Below are positions 55,440 through 64,000 of a stretch of DNA of 64,000 nucleotides, one piece after another. The DNA is taken from assembly GCF_022045235.1 (NCBI RefSeq), contig NW_027266300.1:1-64000 (forward strand), read 5' to 3'. A program made the translations under genes and the position numbers. Source of the DNA: Haliotis cracherodii. Taxonomy: Eukaryota. Each line of letters begins with the position of its first letter. Position 1 is the stretch's first letter. Below the pieces are notes generated by a model. It was not told the origin of the DNA. It saw nothing but the letters and a program-made list of their open reading frames with translations, and did not search any database.

Positions 55440-58400
55440 TGTATAACATCTGTATAACATTGTGTATAATATCTGTACCACATTAACATTGTGTATCACA
55501 TCTGTATCACATTGTGTATCACATTGTGTATAACATCTGTATCACATTATGTATAACATCTGTATCACATTGTGTATAACATCTGTATCACATTGTGTAT
55601 AACATCTGTATCACATTGTGTATAACATCTGTATCACATTGTGTATAACATCTGTATCACATCTGTTTCACATTGTGTATAACATCTGTATCACATCTGT
55701 ATCACATTGTGTATAACATCTGTATCACATCTGTATCACATTATGTATAACATCTGTATCACATTGTGTACAACATCTGTATCACATTATGTATAACATC
55801 TGTATCACATCTGTATCACATTATGTATAACATCTGTATCACATTGTGTATAACATCTGTATCACATTGTGTATAACATCTGTATCACATTGTGTATAAC
55901 ATCTGTATCACATCTGTATCACATTGTGTATAACATCTGTATCACATTATGTATAACATCTGTATCACATCTGTTTCACATTGTGTATAACATCTGTATC
56001 ACATCTGTTTCACATTGTGTATAACATCTGTATCACATCTGTTTCACATTGTGTATAACATCTGTATCACATCTGTTTCACATTGTGTATAACATCTGTA
56101 TCACATTGTGTATAACATCTGTATCACATTATGTATAACATCTGTATCACATTGTGTATAACATCTGTATCACATTGTGTATAACATCTGTATCACATTG
56201 TGTATAACATCTGTATCACATCTGTTTCACATTGTGTATCACATCTGTATCACATTATGTATAACATCTGTATCACATTGTGTATCACATTGTGTATCAC
56301 ATCTGTATCACATTGTGTATAACATCTGTATCACATTATGTATAACATCTGTATCACATCTGTTTCACATTGTGCATAACATCTGTACCACATTGTGTAT
56401 CACATCTGTATCACATTATGTATAACATCTGTATCACATTGTGTATAACATCTGTATCACATTGTGTATCACATGTGTATCACATTGTGCATAACATCTG
56501 TATCACATTGTGTATCACATCTGTATCACATTGTGTATAACATCTGTATCACATTGTGCATAACATCTGTATCACATTGTGTATCACATCTGTATCACAT
56601 TGTGTATAACATCTGTATCACATTGTGTATAACATCTGTATCACATTGTGCATAACATCTGTATCACATTGTGCATAACATAAGTATCACATTGTGTATC
56701 ACATCTGTATCACATTGTGTATCACATCTGTATCACATTGTGTATAACATCTGTATCACATTATGTATAACATCTGTATCACATTGTGTATAACATCTGT
56801 ATCACATCTGTTTCACATTGTGTATAACATCTGTACCACATTGTGTATCACATCTGTATCACATTATGTATAACATCTGTATCACTTTGTGTATAACATC
56901 TGTATCACATTGTGTATAACATCTGTATCACATTGTGTATCACATCTGTATCACATTGTGTATAACATCTGTATCATATTGTGCATAACATCTGTATCAC
57001 ATTGTGTATAACATCTGTATCACATTGTGTATAACATCTGTATCACATTGTGTATCACATCTGTATCACATTATGTATAACATCTGTATCACATTGTGTA
57101 TCACATCTGTATCACATTATGTACAACATCTGTATCACATTGTGTATAACATCTGTATCACATCTGTATCACATGTGTATAACATCTGTATCACATCTGT
57201 ATCACATTGTGTATAACATCTGTATCACATCTGTATCACATTGTGTATAACATCTGTATCACATTTTGTATCACATTGTGTATAACATCTGTATCACATT
57301 GTGCATAATATCTGTATCACATTGTGTATCACATTGTGTATAACATCTGTATCACATCTGTATCACATTGTGTATCACATCTGTATCACATCTGTTTCAC
57401 ATTGTGTAGAACATCTGTATCACATCTGTATCACATTGTGTAGAACATCTGTATCACATCTGTTTCACATTGTGTATAACATCTGTACCACATTGTGTAT
57501 CACATCTGTACCACATTGTGTATAACATCTGTATCACATTGTGTATAACATCTGTATCACATTGTGTATCACATCTGTATCACATTGTGTATAACATCTG
57601 TATCACATTGTGTATCACATGTGTATCACATTTTGTATCACATTGTGTATAACATCTGTACCACATTGTGTATAACATCTGTATCACATAGTGTATCACA
57701 TAGTGTATCACATTTTGTATCACATTGTGTATCACATGTGTATAACATCTGTATCACATTGTGTATCACATTGTGTATAACATCTGTATCACATTGTGTA
57801 TAACATCTGTATCACATTGTGTATAACATCTGTATCATTGTGTATCACATGTGTATCACATTGTGTATAACATCTGTACCACATTGTGTATAACATCTGT
57901 ATCACATTGTGTATCACATTTTGTATCACATTGTGTATCACATTGTGTATCACATGTGTATAACATCTGTATCACATTGTGTATCACATCTGTATCACAT
58001 TGTGTATCACATGTGTATCACATTTTGTATCACATTGTGTATCACATGTGTATAACATCTGTATCACATTGTGTATCACATTGTGTATAACATCTGTATC
58101 ACATTGTGTATCACATGTGTATAACATCTGTATCACATTGTGTATCACATGTGTATAACATCTGTATCACATTGTGTATCACATGTGTATAACATTTTGT
58201 ATCACATTGTGTATCACATGTGTATAACATCTGTATCACATTGTGTATCACATTGTGTATAACATCTGTATCACATTGTGTATCACATGTGTATAACATC
58301 TGTATCACATTGTGTATCACATGTGTATAACATCTGTATCACATTGTGTATCACATGTGTATAACATTTTGTATCACATTGTGTATCACATGTGTATAAC

Positions 58401-58663
58401 ATCTGTATCACATTGTGTATCACATGTGTATAACATCTGTATCACATTGTGTATCACATGTGTATAACATTTTGTATCACATTGTGTATCACATGTGTAT
58501 AACATTTTGTATCACATTGTGTATCACATTGTGTATAACATCTGTATCACATTGTGTATCACATGTGTATAACATCTGTATCACATTGTGTATCACATGT
58601 GTATAACATTTTGTATCACATTGTGTATCACATGTGTATAACATTTTGTATCACATTGTGTAC
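55440..58663. repeat. 3.2-kb complex minisatellite of 11-12-bp subunits (ATCTGTATCAC, ATTGTGTATAAC and variants)
   Basis: Read directly. Confidence 0.95.
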
Positions 58664-58676
58664 ATGAGTATGGACC

Positions 58677-58965
58677 AGGCTTGCAGTAAAAGGTGACTAT
58701 GCTTACCGCAAGGCGCCACTATGCTTACCGCAAGGCGCCACTATGCTTACCGCAAGGCGCGACTATGCTTGTCGTAAGAGGCGACTAACAGGATCGGTTG
58801 GTCATGCTAGCTGACTTGATGATGCATGTCGTCGTATCCCAATTGCGTGGATCGATGCTCATGATGTCAATCAGTGGATTGTCTGGTCCAGACTTGATTA
58901 TTTACAGACCGTCGACATATAGCTGGAATACTGCCGAGTGTGGCGTTAAACAAGAAACAAACAAA
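58677..58965 (+). mobile_element. Meta-domain-like SINE, 5' truncated
   Basis: GTCGTAAGAGGCGACTAA core; GGCGTTAAACAAGAAACAAAC tail. Confidence 0.82.
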
Positions 58966-59099
58966 TATGAGCATGTTTTTGTGTAGATACTAACACAATT
59001 CTGTATTGCCAGAAATGTACACACTAGTCTATGCTGATAGGTCATGACTAACTTGGAGGTAATGGAAATGCTTCTCCTGTATGTTACATGATGTTTGAG

Positions 59100-59944
59100 C
59101 TTTTTATCATATAATGACGGGAGGATATAGCCATCAGTATGTCTATCCGTCCGTCCGTCCGTCTGTTCGTCTGTAATCATTGCTTGTCCGGAGCATATTT
59201 TCTAAACCGTACAACCTAGCTTCACAAAACATGTCACACTTATCAATCAGGCTCAGTAGTAGTGCCTTTTGCTATTTAGAGATTTTTAGAAAAAAATTTT
59301 TTTGTCGTTTCCATGGAAATATGATGAACTTAGGAAATTTGAGGGTAGTGCTCTTGTCCGGACCATATCTCCTGAACCATACAACTTAGCTTCTCAATAG
59401 TTTTTACACATCTCAAGCAGGTTATGTAGTGGTGCCTTTGCTTAAAGCAGATTTTTCTTTTTTTTTCTTTTTTCAATTTAAATTGAAAATTGATGGAGCA
59501 TATCTTCTAAACCATGCGACAGAGATTCACCAAACTTTATGCACATATCAATCATGTTCACTAGTAGTGCAGTTTGTTATTTATAGATTTTAATCTTTTT
59601 AATTTGTAGCCCCTGATATATGATTCTAAGGTGTACTATTTACCGATACCATATACTATATATGATGTGAGCTACATAACCTAGTACATTCTCTTTATGC
59701 CTTTGTGTCATGAGGCTACTACAGAGCTATTCATATGCGAATCTGCGAAGTTATTGTTATTACAATTTCATGAGATAATCAGAAAGTGATCTACATGAAC
59801 CAATATTAAATAACCTACATTATATTTCTGGGTTTGGCATCATAGAAAAAGATTTCCTTGCCAATGTAAATACATTTGAAGGTACACACAGTTTACCGAC
59901 ATGCCACGTCGGGGGATATGACATCTTCCGATGACTCTTGTTTA
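59100..59944 (+). mobile_element. HINE-type element
   Basis: gggaggatatag plus (CGTC)n, degenerate internal repeats, 3' gggggatat and hairpin; related to 50167-50580. Confidence 0.72.
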
Positions 59945-60277
59945 TCAATGATGGCTTTAGCAGGGAAAACTGCTTTTCTTGGAGAACTTTAGAGAATGAT
60001 ATTTCAGAAATTCACTAGTATGGGCTTTGGACCAGTGACTCATGTACAACACTGTACTGACACAGGTGACTGACATTACACAATTCATACTTTTATAAGT
60101 TTACAACTTAATGAAAACTATGAAGTCATGTGTGATAAGGGTTGAAATCAATATCATGTCAATACTATTATGTGTTGAGGACAGAATTACTTTAATAATG
60201 TAAATATCACAATAGATCATGTATATAGAGATCATCTTGGGATTGTTGTATGATGTATATAGTATGTGTCATGTGCT

Positions 60278-60510
60278 GCTTGTTTGTTGTTCAGAGCCAC
60301 ACTCAGCAATATGCTACCTATATGAGATGAGATGAGATGAGGGAGGTCTGTAATTACTCGAGTCTGGATCAGACAAACAACCCTGTGATCTACATCATAA
60401 GCAACAGTCTACTCACATGGGATATGATGACATGCATCAACCAAGTGAGCCAGCCTCGCATGACAAGCATGGGTTGTTGAAGATCAATTCCTACCTGGAT
60501 CTTAACAGGT
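60278..60510 (-). mobile_element. Degenerate Meta-domain-like SINE
   Basis: Homologous to 41068-41326. Confidence 0.7.
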
Positions 60511-60519
60511 ATGTGATGG

Positions 60520-62210
60520 AATGTACCTGGTTAGACAAGAACGATGCCAAATGCCCATACCGCACTAGAGATTGAACCAGTGGGGCACTAGGGTGCATCA
60601 TGTAGCTCAGTGGAGCACTAGGGTGCATCATGTAGCTCAGTGAGTGTCTTGATGGAACCAGTGGGGCACTAGGGTGCATCATGTAGCTCAGTGAGTGTCT
60701 TGATGGAACCAGTGGAGCACTAGGGTGCATCATGTAGCTCAGTGGGGCACTAGGGTGCATCATGTAGCTCAGTGGGGTGTCTTGATGGAACCAGTGGGGC
60801 ACTAGGGTGCATCATGTAGCTCAGTGGAGTGTCTTGATGGAACCAGTGGGGCACTAGGGTGCATCATGTAGCTCAGTGGAGTGTCTTGATGGAACCAGTG
60901 GGGCACTAGGGTGCATCATGTAGCTCAGTGGAGAGTCTTGATGGAACCAGTGGGGCTCTAGGGTGCATCATGTAGCTCAGTGGAGTGTCTTGATGGAACC
61001 AGTGGGGCACTAGGGTGCATCATGTAGCTCAGTGGGGCACTAGGGTGCATCATGTAGCTCAGTGGAGCGTCTTGATGGAACCAGTGGGGCACTAGGGTGC
61101 ATCATGTAGCTCAGTGGAGTGTCTTGATGGAACCAGTGGGGCACTAGGGTGCATCATGTATCTCAGTGAGTGTCTTGATGGAACCAGTGGGGCTCTAGGG
61201 TGCATCATGTAGCTCAGTGGGGTGTCTTGATGGAACCAGTGGGGCACTAGGGTGCATCATGTAGCTCAGTGGGGCTCTAGGGTGCATCATGTAGCTCAGT
61301 GAGTGTCTTGATGGAACCAGTGGGGCACTAGGGTGCATCATGTAGCTCAGTGGAGCACTAGGGTGCATCATGTAGCTCAGTGGGGCACTAGGGTGCATCA
61401 TGTAGCTCAGTGAGAGTCTTGATGGAACCAGTGGGGCACTAGGGTGCATCATGTAGCTCAGTGGAGTGTCTTGATGGAACCAGTGGAGCACTAGGGTGCA
61501 TCATGTAGCTCAGTGGGGTGTTTTGATGGAACCAGTGGGGCACTAGGGTGCATCATGTAGCTCAGTGGGGCACTAGGGTGCATCATGTAGCTCAGTGGGG
61601 TGTCTTGATGGAACCAGTGGAGCACTAGGGTGCATCATGTAGCTCAGTGGGGCACTAGGGTGCATCATGTAGCTCAGTGGGGCACGAGGGTGCATCATGT
61701 AGCTCAGTGGATTGTCTTGATGGAACCAGTGGGGCACTTGTTTAGGGGTAGCGAGAACTAAGATCTGATTTTAATGAGATTGTTCACTTACCCAGCCTTG
61801 CAGGAACAGTAGGAATTTGCAAATTCTTCAGATCGTATTTCAACCTGAAGATGATGTTGAAATACATTGATATGACAGATCCAATCATCATCATTATTAT
61901 TTACACACGTATATGGGGCAGAATGGCTAAGGATTATGTGCTGTGTGTGCACAAAGAGAGACTCTTTGAGTAAATGGAGATAACTTTGTAAAGTTAAAAC
62001 TGACTATGTGATCTAAGGGAGATAATCCAGTTTGCCCTTCCATTGAACTTGTTTTCTGTATGAGGACGTTTTCTGATGCTGCATTTTGGGCAAATGTAAT
62101 AAATCTGTGACAGATCTGATCATCATCATTATTTAATATTTCAGACACTCCCATTTCCGTTTTGTACCAATAGTTTGGATCAGTAAACCCAGATGTCTGC
62201 ATTTGTGCCT
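60520..62210 (-). pseudogene. SWIM zinc-finger gene remnant, probably the second (SWIM/YqaJ) gene of the ISL2EU-like element
   Basis: Exon ..SYCSCKAG|gt at about 61790-61850; LVRYGHLASFL..|gt at about 60525-60570. Confidence 0.45.
60575..61738. repeat. Minisatellite of 30-bp units with an optional 22-bp unit
   Basis: cagtggggcactagggtgcatcatgtagct and cagtggagtgtcttgatggaac. Confidence 0.95.
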
Positions 62211-62212
62211 CA

Positions 62213-62366
62213 GACTCGCTGACTTGGTTGATGCATGTCATTGTGTCCCAATTGTGTAGATCAATGCTCATGATGTCAATCACTGGATTGTGTGGTGCAG
62301 ACTCGATTCTTTACAGACTGTCGTCATACTGCTGGAGTGTGGCGTTAAACAACAAACAAACAAACA
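62213..62366 (+). mobile_element. 3' half of a Meta-domain-like SINE
   Basis: Homologous to 58805-58965; (AAAC)n tail. Confidence 0.78.
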
Positions 62367-62596
62367 TTTGTGCCTGCATGCATTGACGTTTGTGAATATA
62401 AACTAAAAACAATGTTGTGTTCTTTCTTGTGTTTCTATTTATCTCCCCAGAGTTCAGAGGTTCAACTGATCATTTGTCTTGGCTGTTCTCTATCTTGTGT
62501 TCGACCTGATGACTTCTGTTGTGGACATGTACAGTGAAACACCACACAGAGGACACCAGCCGAAGTCACAGCACTCGGGTTTACATACAACATACT

Positions 62597-63980
62597 GACA
62601 CTGCCTGCTGTTTGACACTGGCTGCTGTGTGACGCTGGCTGCTGTGTGACGCTGGCTGCTGTGTGACGCTGGCTGCTGTGAGACACTGGCTGCTGTATGA
62701 CACTGGCTGCTGTATGCCACTGGCTGCTGTGTGACACTGGCTGCTGTATGACACTGGCTGCTGTGTGACACTGGCTGCTGTATGACACTGGCTGCTGTAT
62801 GCCACTGGCTGCTGTGTGACACTGGCTGCTGTATGTCACTGGCTGCTGTATGATACTGGCTGGTGTATGACACTGGCTGCTGTATGAGACTGGCTGCTGT
62901 ATGTCACTGGCTGCTGTATGACACTGGCTGCTGTATGCCACTGGCTGGTGTATGACACTGGCTAGTGTATGACACTGCCTGCTGTATGTCACTGGATGCT
63001 GTATGACACTGGCTGCTGTATGACACTGGCTGCTGTATGTCACTGGCTGCTGTATGACACTGCCTGCTGTATGTCACTGGCTGCTGTATGACACTGCCTG
63101 CTGTATGTCACTGGCTGCTGTGTGACGCTGGCTGCTGTGTGACGCTGGCTGCTGTGTGACGCTGGCTGCTGTATGACACTGGCTGCTGTATGACACTGCC
63201 TGCTGTGTGACGCTGGCTGCTGTGTGACACTGGCTGCTGTATGACACTGCCTGCTGTATGACACTGGCTGCTGTATGACACTGGCTGCTGTATGAGACTG
63301 GCTGCTGTATGACACTGGCTGCTGTATGACACTGGCTGCTGTGTGAGACTGGCTGCTGTATGACACTGGCTGCTGTATGATACTGGCTGCTGTATGACAC
63401 TGGCTGCTGTATGACACTGGCTGCTGTTTGACACTGGCTGTTGTATGACACTGGCTGCTGTGTGACACTGGCTGCTGTATGAGACTGGCTGCTGTATGAG
63501 ACTGGCTGCTTTATGACACTGGCTGCTGTGTGACACTGGCTGCTGTGTGACACTGGCTGCTGTATGAGACTGGCTGATGTATGATACTGGCTGCTGTATG
63601 ACACTGGCTGCTGTATGATACTGGCTGCTGTATGACACTGGCTGTTGTATGACACTGGCTGCTGTGTGACACTGGCTGTTGTATGACACTGGCTGCTGTG
63701 TGACACTGGCTGGTGTGTGACACTGGCTGCTGTATGACACTGTCTGCTGTATGACGCTGGCTGCTGTATGACACTGGCTGCTGTGTGACACTGGCTGTTG
63801 TATGACACTGGCTGCTGTGTGACACTGGCTGCTGTATGACACTGGCTGCTGTATGACACTGGATACTATGTGACACTGGCTTCTGTATGACACTGGCTGC
63901 TGTTTGACACTGCCTGTTGTATGACACTGGCTGCTGTGTGACACTGGCTGCTGCCTGACACTGGCTGCTGTCTGACACTG
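62597..63980. repeat. 17-bp minisatellite (TGACACTGGCTGCTGTA), about 80 copies
   Basis: Read directly. Confidence 0.95.
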
Positions 63981-64000
63981 TGTCGTGTTATTTTGAGGCT

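Noticed and set aside
56177-63978. His/Cys-rich and Gln/Ser-rich ORFs in the tandem arrays
   Set aside because: Translations of minisatellites in several frames; no gene structure.

Overview
Animal DNA, most likely molluscan and abalone-like judging by the SINE and satellite families (inference). 1-25559 is the right-hand end of a highly homogeneous tandem array of replication-dependent core histone genes. The unit is 4252 bp (one unit 4248 bp), ordered H2A(-) H2B(+) H4(-) H3(+), with no H1. Each unit also carries three non-histone passengers: a 145-bp N-masked block whose flanks resemble the two ends of a tRNA-derived SINE, a GC-rich multi-hairpin element, and two blocks of (CCCTAA)n-type telomeric repeat. 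The array breaks 4 bp upstream of an H2A start codon, at a 6-bp microhomology with a SINE 3' tail. 25560-64000 has no intact host gene that I can recognise. It is a field of nested transposon relics: I/Nimb-group RNase H LINE, CR1 and L1/Tx1 LINEs, DIRS, MULE, Tc1, ISL2EU/Harbinger-like, EnSpm-like, Helentron-type HINEs and SINEs. Several minisatellites grew in place from transposon sequence, including a 50 x 38-bp array derived from an RT motif. Family names are from motif recognition only; no database searches were run.
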